Assembly: GCA_963822585.1 (NCBI GenBank) | Contig: CAWGIE010000017.1 | Coordinates: 1 to 64,000, forward strand | DNA length: 64,000 nt | Direction: 5' to 3' | DNA from: an uncultured bacterium | Lineage (GTDB): Bacteria > Auribacterota > Erginobacteria > Erginobacterales > Erginobacteraceae | Shown here: positions 19,518-29,481 of the stretch, in pieces | How positions within the stretch are numbered: position 1 is the first letter of the stretch | How the letters are laid out: each line of letters begins with the position of its first letter | The notes under the pieces: generated by a model | What the model was told of the DNA's origin: nothing | What the model saw: only the letters and a program-made list of their open reading frames with translations | Databases searched by the model: none | Program-made: the position numbers and the translations under genes

Positions 19518-19638
19518 AACTTTAGGCACCCGGTTTGAGGGAGACTGCGAAGACCGGGAAAGCCGGGTGAAGGCGAACAACTTTAGGCACTTCTCCGCCT
19601 GAGGCGGAGCAGCCTCTGGCTGAAAACTTTAGGCACTT
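19518..19638 (-). repeat. Reverse-oriented AAAGTGCCT array with nested insert
   Basis: aactttaggcacttctccgcctgaggcggagcagcctctggctgaaaactttaggcactt is a near reverse complement of 14468-14526. Confidence 0.85.
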
Positions 19639-19643
19639 ATTCA

Positions 19644-20309
19644 GTGAATTATACGCAAAAAGCGCTGAGCATACTTTTCGGGGTTATCCTCCTGCTGGTT
19701 CTTTTCTGGCTCGTTATCTATAGCCCGGTTTCCAGTGAACTGGAACGGCTGCAGGACCAGGCGAAAGAGATTGACGCTAAAATTACCGCGACCCAGAAGA
19801 AACAAGCGGGACTCCCCGGCATCCAGGAAAAGATAGCCTCAGCCCGGAAGAGGCTGGAGCGGCTGGAAGTCCAGTATCCGCGGACGATCGAGCTTGTATA
19901 TCAGGCGATTACGGATGCGGCTCGTGAGGTCGGCCTGCGAATCTCCAACCGTCAGTTGGAGGAAAAAACCGTCGAAGACGAGGGGAGCGCCCTCCGGGCG
20001 TATAAAATAAAGATAACCGCCCATTGCCCCTATAATGTTCTGGGGGATTTTCTGGGGAGGGTTGTCCATTCACCGATGATTATCTCGATCACCGGTCTGG
20101 CCGTCACGACGGACCTGCCGGCCGTCCCGAAAAAAGGGGGGGGGCAGGATCTCCGGGTGGAGATGGAACTGAACACATACTTAGCAAGGTCAACGGCTCA
20201 TAAAATAGGAGGAAAAAAATCCAGTGTTCAGGGTTTGTCACACTGGCAATTTTTCCGCTGTTCTTTATTACGAAGAGGAGCATTAAATAGATTGCATTCT
20301 CTACAATAG
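19644..20309 (+). CDS. pilO: Type IV pilus alignment protein PilO
   Basis: N-terminal TM, coiled coil, YNVLGDFLGRV..SPMIISI motif, position after pilMN; the ORF tail runs into a repeat element. Confidence 0.82.
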   Translation: MNYTQKALSILFGVILLLVLFWLVIYSPVSSELERLQDQAKEIDAKITATQKKQAGLPGIQEKIASARKRLERLEVQYPRTIELVYQAITDAAREVGLRISNRQLEEKTVEDEGSALRAYKIKITAHCPYNVLGDFLGRVVHSPMIISITGLAVTTDLPAVPKKGGGQDLRVEMELNTYLARSTAHKIGGKKSSVQGLSHWQFFRCSLLRRGALNRLHSLQ

Positions 20310-20436
20310 TCATTGCGAGCGGAGCGAAGCAATCCCTTGTTCTCCAGTTGATTGAGATTGCGTAGCCTGTCCCGAGCGATAGCGAGGGATCTCGTTCCTC
20401 GCAATGACAGGTAACCTAATTCAATGCTCTCCTTAG
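20273..20436. mobile_element. MITE-like element with GTCATTGCGAG palindromic core
   Basis: Ends gagcattaaatagattg / taacctaattcaatgctctccttag; homologous copy at 60978-61122. Confidence 0.7.
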
Positions 20437-20532
20437 TAACTCGAAATTGTCAGGCAGCTTTATGTCAGATGATTGAAAGGTAAAAATCGTTTTGATTAAA
20501 GATGATCTATTTTTTTCCGGAGGAAAAAAATA

Positions 20533-21043
20533 TTGGATAAGAAGAAAAAAGAAATCATTATGATCGCCATCCTGGTCCCGGTCCTGGGGTTTGTCCTCTA
20601 CAACAGCCTGAGTACCGTCGCCGAGAAAAAGAAAGCGGGCGCCGGAACGGCTCCGGAGGCCGTCGCCGTGACCGTTGCGGCGCCGGTAACGGCAACCGTT
20701 GTTACAGCGGGCAGGAAAGAGGGCGGAGGTGAGCTGGCGCCGCTCGATGAGAAGGTGGTCCGGATGCAGGAGGCCGTCGCCGCCGGCCCCTGGGGGCGGG
20801 ATCCTTTTTCCCCGCCGCCGGTTGCTGAAACCGATCAGCGCCCCGAAAACTGGAAAGATTTCAAGCTAAGCGGCATTATCCCCGGTCGGGCCGCCACATA
20901 AACAGCGAGCCGGTGGGGGTGGGGGAAGAGTTCGAAGGTTACCGTCTTAACAAGTGGGAAATGATGGAATTACACTTGAAAAAGACGGCCAATCGTTCAT
21001 ACTCACTTTGCCCGAGGAATATCCTGATGAAAAAAAGAAGTGA
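20533..21043 (+). CDS. PilP-like pilus assembly protein, two frameshifts (~20897, ~20954)
   Basis: TM, WGRDPF, FKLSGII; joining frames gives ATINSEPVGVGEEFEGYRL..GNDGITLEKDGQSFILTL; lies between pilO and pilQ. Confidence 0.72.
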
Positions 21044-23546
21044 CGTGTCGATATCCAGATTGATCCTGCTGCCGCTTTTTTTCGCCGCGGTCGGTGTATG
21101 CCCGGCCCCATCCCTTTATTGCGCTCAGGAGATGGATAGAGAGCTGATCCTGGCCATGGAGGAAGTTAAAGCGGAGATGCGGGAGAACGGCGAAGCGGCC
21201 GCCCCGCCGCCGGTCATCGAGTCGGCGCCCGGATCGGAGATCGAGCTTTCAATCGAAGAAGCCGATACCGCTCCTGATACCTGCGCCCGGTGAGGGCGCC
21301 GTCCCCGAAGAGGGCACGGCGCTGGAACCGCCCCCCGCCACGAGGCCGCCGGCGAGGGCGCCGTCCCCGAAGAAGGGCTCACCCTGGAACCGCCCCCCGC
21401 CCACGAGGCCGCCGGCGAGGGCGCCGTCCCCGAAGAAGGGATCACCCTGGAACCTCCCCCCGCCAACGAGGCCGCTCCGGGCCGGGGAGAGTCTTCCATT
21501 GTTCCCTCTCCCCCTCCATCCGTGCCCGAGCCGGCCGATGTCAACGTCAAGGAAAAGCTGGAAAAACGGGGCAGCCTGAAATTCGTGGACGAGGATATCC
21601 GGGTTGTCCTGCGCAGCCTGGCCAAGGCGTATGGCTTCAACGTTACCCTGGCGCCGGAGGTGCAGGGAAAGGTCACGATTGATTTTACCGATGTCAAGAT
21701 CATCGACGCCCTGAAGACGATCCTGGTCGACCAGGGGTTGGGCTATCAGGTAACCGGAAACATTCTCCGGGTGACCTCGCTGGAGAAGATCCAGGCGGAG
21801 ACGGCGGCCGACTCCGCCCGGGAGGCCGCCGGCGCCCAGAAGGCGCTCGAAGAAGCGAAGAAGCGCCAGTTCGAAGAGCAGGCGGAGCCGCTGGTGGTCC
21901 AGATATTCAAGCTCAAGTACATCGATGCCAATGACGCGAAAGAAGCCATCCTGCCGATGGTCACCGACCGGGGGAAAGCGATGGTCCTGAAGACCCAGCA
22001 GTATCGCGGGTTTGAGTTTGAAGCCACGGAAAAATTCGGCGCCACGTCGGCGGATCAGGAGAAGTCCGAGTTTGTCAGATCCCGCATCCTGATTGTCCAG
22101 GATATCAAGACTGTTTTAACCAGGATTGAGCAAGTAATAGAAAAAATAGATCAGAAACCCCCCCAGATTTTAATCGATGCCAAGGTCCTGGAGGTCCCGG
22201 TGGATCAGGAATTCCGTCTCGGGATCAACTGGACACAAGCCCTTAACCAGTGGCAGGTCGGCGCCTCGGATCTGAAGGGGATACTGAGCCGGGGATATGA
22301 CCAGTCGGAATCATCGGAGAATACGAGCAGCCGTAATTGGGGCAATGAATACGAGGTAGGACGAACCTCGGCGGTGGGAGAGGACCGCCTGACGTATGAC
22401 CAGGGAGACGCGCAGAATGGCAATACGTCCGGCCGGTTGAGCTACGCCGGGAGCGGGTATCCCACCAGCGGTGGGGGGGGCATCAGTATCCCCGACCTGT
22501 ATAATTTTGACATACCCACCAACTCCGGGGGCGGACCTTTTCAGCAGAATATGGCCTGGCGGGCGGCGGTCGAGAACGACGTTCGGGCATCCGGCTGGGC
22601 CGATGAGTTCTACTCCCGGATCGAGGACACCGAGACCAAGCGGAACTTCGATAACTACCTGAACGGCATTGCCGATACATTGACCAAACTGACGACATCC
22701 GGCCAGACGTACGGTGCCGTTCTGAGTGCGACGGACTTTAGTCTGATGTTGAGCGCGATGAAGACGGATTCCAATATCGTCATCCTCTCCAATCCCCGGA
22801 TCACCGTTCACGAAAATTATACGGCCAAGATATTTATCGGGAAGCGTTATCCGATTCTGAAGACCGAGGTCAGTGGTGAGAGTGGAGGAACGGTCGGAGG
22901 AACGTCAGTCGATGTCTGGCAGGAGATCGGGATAACACTGAAAGTGATTCCCCAGGTCCGGGAAATTATGACGGGAGAGAAGGGGATAAACATGATCGTT
23001 CACCCGGCGGTCAGCGATTATAATGAATTCGCGGTGGCATACGATGCGCAGGGCAACCCCTTCAAAACCGCCTACCCGATCATAAAAATTCGCGAAGCGG
23101 ATACCAATGTCACCATCAAAGACGGCGACACGATCGTGATTGGCGGCCTGATCGAGAGTTATACGAATGATGAAGAATCCAAAATTCCCCTTCTCGGCGA
23201 CATACCTATTCTTGGATACCTCTTCAAGGAGGAGCATACTGAACTGAGAAAGACGAATCTCTTAATCTTTATAACCGCAAAAATCGTTTCTGAAGACACG
23301 CCTTTGTCCGCCTACGAGAAAATCATGCTGGAGAAATCGCCGCCGGACGCCCTCGAGGACGTCCGCTATACCGAGGACGACCAGGTGAGGCCCTATCTTT
23401 ACAAGAGCACGAAAGAGCCGCAGCCTCCCCAGCCCGAAGCGGAAGAGAAAGAAGAAAGCGGGAGCACGATCGAGGAGAAGGATGGGAACAAGGGTGATTT
23501 CGGGGGCAGGGTACTCACCAAAGCGATGACGAGGAGTCGACGATGA
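21027..23546 (+). CDS. pilQ: Secretin PilQ/MshL-like with acidic Pro-rich N-terminal repeats; two compensating indels near 21288 and 21338
   Basis: Signal peptide from ATG 21027; STN/N domains (DIRVVLRSLAKAYGFNV), IDQKPPQILIDAKVLEV, LSNPRI, GITLKVIP, GDTIVIGGL, KIPLLGDIPILGYLFK. Confidence 0.92.
21289..21476 (+). repeat. Three 63-bp coding tandem repeats (GEGAVPEEGxxLEPPPAHEAA)
   Basis: Units start at 21289, 21351 and 21414; the first unit is 62 bp. Confidence 0.9.
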
Positions 23547-23764
23547 CTGCCTTTATACTGATTGGTGCCATCGTCTTAATATCGGGGGTCATGTTTCTGG
23601 TCGCGCCCGGAGCGCTGGTAAAATTAGGCTCCCTGCTCAACCAGATAGTGTCCACCGATCACAAGACGATGAAATACCGGATCTCGGTGGGATTGATCTT
23701 TATAGTTCTCGGCCTCTTCTTCCTGTTCATGGCCTATTATATCTCCAATTTCCGGCCGATCTGA
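23543..23764 (+). CDS. Small two-TM membrane protein
   Basis: ATGA overlap with the pilQ stop; two hydrophobic segments. Confidence 0.7.
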   Translation: MTAFILIGAIVLISGVMFLVAPGALVKLGSLLNQIVSTDHKTMKYRISVGLIFIVLGLFFLFMAYYISNFRPI

Positions 23765-23774
23765 AAATAATCCT

Positions 23775-23880
23775 GTCATTGCGAGCGATAGCGAGGCAAT
23801 CTCAATTCATTGTACGCCAATGGATTGCTTCTCTCCACTTCGTTACGCCCGCAGTGACATTTTTTTAACAGTCATTGCGA
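23775..23880. repeat. Empty GTCATTGCGAG palindromic element plus a truncated second start
   Basis: gtcattgcgagcgatagcgaggcaatctc...ggattgcttc...cgcagtgac, then gtcattgcga at 23871. Confidence 0.8.
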
Positions 23881-24242
23881 TCCTCCTTAGGCTATCTTCT
23901 TTCATTTCTCCTGATCTATGTTATCCCGCGTTTCCGCCTGGCCGCGGTTCCGGTTCTTTTTATCTTCGCCGGGGCGGCGGTTTATCACCGGTACACCCAT
24001 CTCCGCGAGAAACGGTGACTCTCGCTGGCCGGTAATATCCTGATTTTGATACCGCTGGTGGTCCTGGTCCATATCAGGACTCCGGAGATGCGGCGGGACC
24101 GGGATATCCTCCGGCCGGCATTTTTTTACGGGTGGAGGAAGAGTTCCGGAAACCCCTGAGACTGAACCCCGAATCGTACCAGGCGCGGAAAGGATTGGAG
24201 GAGATAGGAAAGAGGAGTCCTGGTAGAAGGGAGTTAAAGTGA
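23881..24242 (+). pseudogene. 3' remnant of a GT39/PMT-like membrane protein with TPR tail
   Basis: Fragments GYLLSFLLIYVIPRFRLAAVPVLFIFAGAAV and EEEFRKPLRLNPESYQARKGLEEI, no start, internal stop. Confidence 0.5.
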
Positions 24243-24244
24243 TT

Positions 24245-26061
24245 TCATAACTCGCATTTCTCCAGTGCCCGGATGCCGAGCCGGCACGGCAGCCAGATCC
24301 CCGCCAGAGAGAGAACCAGCACGAATCCGGCGGCCGCCAAAAGGAGACGGAGCTGTTCCCCGGCCGAATATCGAACCCGGATCTGCCAGGCCAGAGCGAG
24401 CGCTCCGACGACGACGGCGATATAGATCAGGCTGAGAACCAGGGTGAGGGTTCCGCCGAAACCCGACGCGATCCGGGCCGGGTTGTCCTGGGAGAAGTCG
24501 GGGAAGACCGCCCCCAGCCCGAGCGCCAGGCTGACCAGCACCCCCGCCATCAGGACGAGCGCCCCGCAGGTGACCAAGGTCAACGGGCCGGAAACTTCCA
24601 AGATGTGGTTGGAAAGAAGCATCAGCGCTTCCGTTACCATAACCGCTCCGGCCAGGCTGCTCCAGAATCTGGCCCGGAAGATGGTTGCCCGCGGGATCGG
24701 CGCCAGTCCCAGCACCCAGAAGGTTCTTCCCTCCAGGCTGAAAGAGGGATAGATGAACCGCGTGGTCAGCGTGGCCAGGATCAGCGAGGTGGCCCCCAGG
24801 TTGAAAAAGGTGATCAGGTTCTTCCAGGACGGCTGATAGACGTTACGGGGCATGTTCTTGATATTGACGATGTAGATTGCCAGGAGGCCGAAAAGGATTG
24901 CCGTCTGAAGCCACTGAGCCGGGTCTCGGAAGAAGATCTTGATATCCTTGATCAGGAGGGCCCGGACGGGGGAGGGGAGGAGGCGTGAAAGTGAATTCTT
25001 TTTCGATGTTTCCGGGATTGATGCCAGGGCTTGTGATGCGGGGCCGTGACCGCCCCATACTAGACGGGGCGCACCCTGAAGGGTGCGGCTACCAAAAGAT
25101 AAACTCGTAGTGCAGGGCTTCAGCCCTGCTGTGGACGGGCAGGGCTGAAGCCCTGCACCACGAATGCGGACTGCTCCCCGTTTTCGCCGTCCCCCCCCCG
25201 GCTGTGATAAAGGGACCGGTTTGTGAAATAGTGCCGTTCCGCTGTCAATTCCACGATCTGCCAGGCGAAAAGAACATTGACCGCCAGGACGGCCAGAAAG
25301 CCGAGCGATCTGCTGACGTGGCCTCTCCCCGCCTGGATGAACCCTTCCGCGGCCCAATAACCGGGAAGAAGAGGATTGAGGGTGATCCGGCTGTGATCGA
25401 GCAGCCGGTTGAGCATCAGGGTCTCCCGGTTGGAGGCAGCTCGCCGGGGAGGGGAAAGCGATCGCCAGAACGGAAAGGTGAGGGCGATGATGATGAACGC
25501 CGCCAGGATCACTCGGCGGCCTCTGCCCGGCGTCAGGAGCGGCGGTATCAGGGCCGCGATCAAGGTCCCGATCAGCGCCGCCAGCGAAGAGAGTCCCGCC
25601 GCGAAGAGAAGAAGTGAGAGGCAGGCGAAGAGAGAGAGCCCGTGGGAGAGGCCGTAGGCCAGGGCGACGGGAAAGATCAGAAAGACGGTTGCCCAGGTGC
25701 TCAGCACGGCGCCCTCCAGCAGCAGGAACCGGAAGATGGCGGAGCCGGGCAGGGGAAGAGTCTGAAGATAGACGGATTCGGCGGCCTTGAGGTGGAGCTG
25801 GAAGGAAATCACCGCGTTGCTGAAGACCAGCATGATAAAAAGGGCGAAGGTCAGCAGGTAGATCAGGCGGTCGATCAGGATTTCTCCCACCCCCATGAAG
25901 GTCTGGAGAAAGGTGAAGGCGCGGTAAAAGCCCGCGAAGAGCCCCGTCCAGACGACCAGGAGAACAAAGATCCCGATGAAGAGACGGAGACGGCCATGGC
26001 GAAGGAGGAGACGAAGACCGTTCCGTGTTTGTGCCAGGCGGAGTTGAAATAAGTAACGCAT
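24245..26061 (-). CDS. ABC-2-type exporter permease; frameshift at G9 run (25191-25199) and internal REP insertion
   Basis: Two multi-TM halves (YLQTLPL; KDIKIFFRDPAQW, RFIYPSFSLEGRTFW, NPARIASGFGG) downstream of the ABC ATPase. Confidence 0.85.
25033..25162. repeat. GTAG-type REP cluster inside the permease coding region
   Basis: gcaccctgaagggtgcggctac, gtagtgcagggcttcagccctgc, gcagggctgaagccctgcaccac. Confidence 0.8.
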
Positions 26062-26066
26062 GGAAA

Positions 26067-26353
26067 AAATCCTAAATCCGAATGTTGGAATCCGAAACAA
26101 ATCCGAATATCGAAATTTGGTTCTCTTCAAGGATATATGGATAAACCATACTCGGAAACACCACCGAGCTTGTCCCGGCGGAATGAATGACTGAATACTA
26201 AAATCTTGTGTCAACCAACGCCACCACCCCGATTGATTCAATCGGGATGGCAATACTTTATGCTATTTATCAATAAGTGATAGTCCCACCGGGGGTGTTT
26301 TAGGTTTCGTCATTCGTCATTCTTTCGGGTTTCGTCATTCGGGTTTCGTCATT
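26067..26353. repeat. Inverted heptamer arrays (AAATCCG-type left, TTCGTCA-type right)
   Basis: aaatccgaatgttggaatccgaaacaaatccgaatatcgaaat ... tttcgtcattcgtcattctttcgggtttcgtcattcgggtttcgtcatt. Confidence 0.75.
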
Positions 26354-27080
26354 CCGCTATCTTCTTCTTCAGTTAAATGAAGAAACACCTCCTCCAGTTT
26401 CCCATCCACCCCGCTTTTTTCCCGCAGCTCGTTCAAGCTGCCGCAGGCGATCAGGTTTCCTTCATGGATGATGCCGACCCGGTCGGCAATCTCCTCGGCG
26501 ACGGAGAGGGTGTGGGTGGACATGAAGACGGCGCCATCCCGCCGGCAGTGTTCTTTTAAAAGGTCCTTGATCAGCCGGCCGGACCGGGGATCGAGCCCCA
26601 CCAACGGCTCGTCGATGATCAGGACCTTGGGGTCGTGAAGGAAGGCGGCGGCGAAGACCAGCCGTTGCCGGTAGCCGTGGGAGAGGTTCCTTATTAAGTT
26701 TCCGGCCAGTTCGCTCAGCCCGAGGAGATCAAGGTACCGGTCGATCAATCCGTCCAGCTGTCCGGGGGGGATGCTGTAAATCCGGCCGACAAACTCCATC
26801 AATTCTCTTCCGGTCAGCCGTTCGTAGAGGAAGGGGAAATCGGGTATGTACCCGATCAGCCTTTTCGCCTCCACCGGGTTATCCTGGATATCATGCCCCC
26901 CGATGAAAGCTTTTCCCGGGTCGGGATGAGGAGACCGGTCAGCATCCTGATGGTGGTGCTCTTGCCCGCCCCGTTGGGCCCGATGAAGGCGAACAGCTCC
27001 CCGGCCGGTATCTCCAGGCTGAGGTCGTAGACGGCCGTAGTGTCACCAAAGACTTTGGTAAGATTTTTAGTCGTGATCAT
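26335..27080 (-). CDS. ABC transporter ATP-binding protein, frameshift near 26915
   Basis: [10 protein letters not shown] in 26856-27155; [17 protein letters not shown] in 26335-26874. Confidence 0.93.
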
Positions 27081-27203
27081 GGGATGGTTTATAAAGGAGT
27101 ATTGGAGTGTTGGGTCTCGGGCTTTCCCGGTCAGGCCCTTCCAGTACTTCATCACTCCAGTACTCCATCACTCCATTTTACTATCCTGATTATGTTGTCC
27201 CGA

Positions 27204-28286
27204 TTATTTTTTTATCATTTGATCTTCTATCAGAGGCCACAAAAACTCTGCCACTCTTTCATGACCTGCTGCTGAGAGATGCAGCAGACCCCGGGTGACG
27301 TCTTGGAGAAAGAGGCCGGTGTCGTATTTCCCCTCCCCGGCGGCAAACGCCGGCAGCAGATCGACGCACTCGACCCCGCTCTCCGCGCAAAAGTTCTCCA
27401 TCTGCTTCTGCGGAAAAAGAACGGTCCCCGGGTCGGCTCCCCGGTTGAGCGCTGCCAGCTGGGGCCGGGCGGGTACGATCACCATCATCACCCTCTTCTT
27501 CCCGGCGAACTCCTGTATCGCCGGGCGGATTTTTTCCCGGTAGTCGGCCCAGCGCCCGGGAAGAAAGGCGTTGAGACAGGTGTTGTTGAGGTTGGCCAGG
27601 GGCTGAAGTTCGGGCCGGTTCCAGAAAAGGTTACGCAGCTCCCGAATCGTCCGCGCGGTCAGGTTGGAATGAACCAGGCCGCCCAGTCCCCGCAGCTCGG
27701 CCGACATTTGAAAACTGCTGTCATCCCGCCAGACCCATTCGAAGTCCAGCAGGTCGTTGAGGGTGAAGACGATGACCACCGTGTCGATCGGGAGGTCGGC
27801 AAAGTAGAGCCGATAGGCCAGCAGTTCCTGGTGGGTGGACCAACCCGGACAACCGGCGTTCAGGAGCTGATACGTCGGACCGGCCGCCGCCGCCATCCGG
27901 CTGACGAAGACCTCCTCCAAGGGAACGTATTCCCCGTAGGCGACCGAGTCGCCCAGGAAGATAATCTTCCGGACCTTCGGGTCCGGATTGACCTCTAGCT
28001 CGCCGAGAATACCCCGGCTGTTAGTGACATGCGGCAGGGTGGGGGAGTCGTGCCGCAGCCCCCGGAAGGAAGGCTTCAGCCGGTAGGATGTCTGGGGGTC
28101 GAAGATGAAAATGGATTTAGGGTTGTGGTCCAGCTGATCGCGCAATTCCTTTGTCTTTTCCGTGTCCAACGGAATGCCCGTGGCTCTCTGCGATCTCTCC
28201 CAGAACATCCACCCGGCCAGAACGATCCCCCCGCCGATGAGGGCGATAAGAATCAGTAAAAATAACCATTTCGTCCGTTCGGTCAT
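27204..28286 (-). CDS. SGNH/GDSL hydrolase family membrane-anchored protein
   Basis: N-terminal TM, TNSRG, FLGDSVAYG, LNAGCPGWS, LND, HLSAAGH. Confidence 0.88.
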   Translation of the reverse strand: MTERTKWLFLLILIALIGGGIVLAGWMFWERSQRATGIPLDTEKTKELRDQLDHNPKSIFIFDPQTSYRLKPSFRGLRHDSPTLPHVTNSRGILGELEVNPDPKVRKIIFLGDSVAYGEYVPLEEVFVSRMAAAAGPTYQLLNAGCPGWSTHQELLAYRLYFADLPIDTVVIVFTLNDLLDFEWVWRDDSSFQMSAELRGLGGLVHSNLTARTIRELRNLFWNRPELQPLANLNNTCLNAFLPGRWADYREKIRPAIQEFAGKKRVMMVIVPARPQLAALNRGADPGTVLFPQKQMENFCAESGVECVDLLPAFAAGEGKYDTGLFLQDVTRGLLHLSAAGHERVAEFLWPLIEDQMIKK

Positions 28287-28508
28287 ATAACCTGTCTTTT
28301 TGTAATGAAAACCACGAAGGACACCCCGAATCCTTCGGGGTAGACCGCGATCACGAAGGTTTTTGAAAAAATATGTTTATATGGTTTTTTATTTAATCTT
28401 CCAGTGCTCGGTGACACAAGCATATATTCTTGCGGACAAATTCCTGTCTGTGCGCCCCAAGGTGACACAGACATTCCTGTCTGTGCAGCTCCCGTCCAAG
28501 CCAGCCAT

Positions 28509-28548
28509 CGTTCGACGTTCGAAGTTGGACGTTCGACGTTGGACGTTC
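28509..28548. repeat. ACGTTCG/ACGTTGG heptamer array
   Basis: cgttcgacgttcgaagttggacgttcgacgttggacgttc; reverse-complement arrays at 44133-44158 and 44253-44293. Confidence 0.85.
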
Positions 28549-28575
28549 AGTTTTTTCTCCCTGTCTTTTGTGTTT

Positions 28576-29370
28576 TTAGTGGGTATGTTTTTCTATCATT
28601 TCAAGAAACCCCGTCACCTCCGCCGCCGTCTGTCTCCTCAGCGCCCATCCGAAAGGAGTTTTTACTTCGAGAACGTTTCCGGCCGCGTTCAGGCGGATTT
28701 CCCCGGTCATTCCCCCGTAATAAGCCAGCAGATCGTAGCCGTCCGCCGTCTTGGCGGCGACTTCAAACCGGACCGGCCCCGACTTTGGCCTCCCGGCGCT
28801 CAGGCTGGCCAGGGGATCGAGCGCGGGGATCGTAAAGGACTCCCCCTGCTTGAGCGGCCGGAGAGAGAGGAAAGGGGTGAGGGCGTACAGGGGGAGAGAA
28901 GGTCGGGGGAGAGGGAATGACAGTTCCCGCTCTTTTTCGCCGGCCGTGACCCGGACTTCAAGGCGCCCGTCATTCAGCCGGGCTTTCAGGGTGAACGGCG
29001 GGGCGTCGGAACGGGCGGAGGCCGTTAAACGGATAATCTCCCCCCCGGGGGCGATCAGGCAGAAACTCCGGACCTGGACCCGGTTCGCCCGCCCCCCGAT
29101 GGATAGTTCCAGCCAGATGGTGCTGTCGAGAGCCGAGCCGTAAAAATTTTCTTCCTGGTGGGGATAAAGCACAGTATGGGAGTACCCAACCTGGTCGTTG
29201 TTGAAAAATATTCCCATCCATTCGTCTCCGACCAATTCCGGGAGACCGGCCGGCAGAAGGGGTATGGAGTATGCAGGGACGGTGAGCGAGGGGATAATTT
29301 CCTTGCTGAAAAATACTCCCATGACCCCCAGCCAGAGGAGGAAGATGAATATGATACGAGCTTTTTTCAT
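28576..29370 (-). CDS. Hypothetical membrane-anchored protein
   Basis: 264 aa, N-terminal TM, EWMGIF..QVGYS and TPFGW..R motifs; co-oriented with neighbours. Confidence 0.7.
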   Translation of the reverse strand: MKKARIIFIFLLWLGVMGVFFSKEIIPSLTVPAYSIPLLPAGLPELVGDEWMGIFFNNDQVGYSHTVLYPHQEENFYGSALDSTIWLELSIGGRANRVQVRSFCLIAPGGEIIRLTASARSDAPPFTLKARLNDGRLEVRVTAGEKERELSFPLPRPSLPLYALTPFLSLRPLKQGESFTIPALDPLASLSAGRPKSGPVRFEVAAKTADGYDLLAYYGGMTGEIRLNAAGNVLEVKTPFGWALRRQTAAEVTGFLEMIEKHTH

Positions 29371-29399
29371 TCTCTATTACTCTACACCATGCAGTGACA

Positions 29400-29436
29400 A
29401 AAAAAAAGAGCACCCTTTTCGGATGCTCTTTTTTTT
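29400..29436. terminator. Bidirectional rho-independent terminator
   Basis: aaaaaaagagcaccc-tttt-cggatgctctttttttt. Confidence 0.8.
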
Positions 29437-29481
29437 ACCTAAATTCGCGACCCCCGATTTTATCGGGGTAGACTACGCGAG

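Noticed and set aside
14468..19638. Composite transposon or invertible segment bounded by the ~60-bp inverted copies
   Set aside because: The copies belong to a dispersed repeat family, the enclosed pil genes are collinear with the flanks, and no recombinase is present.
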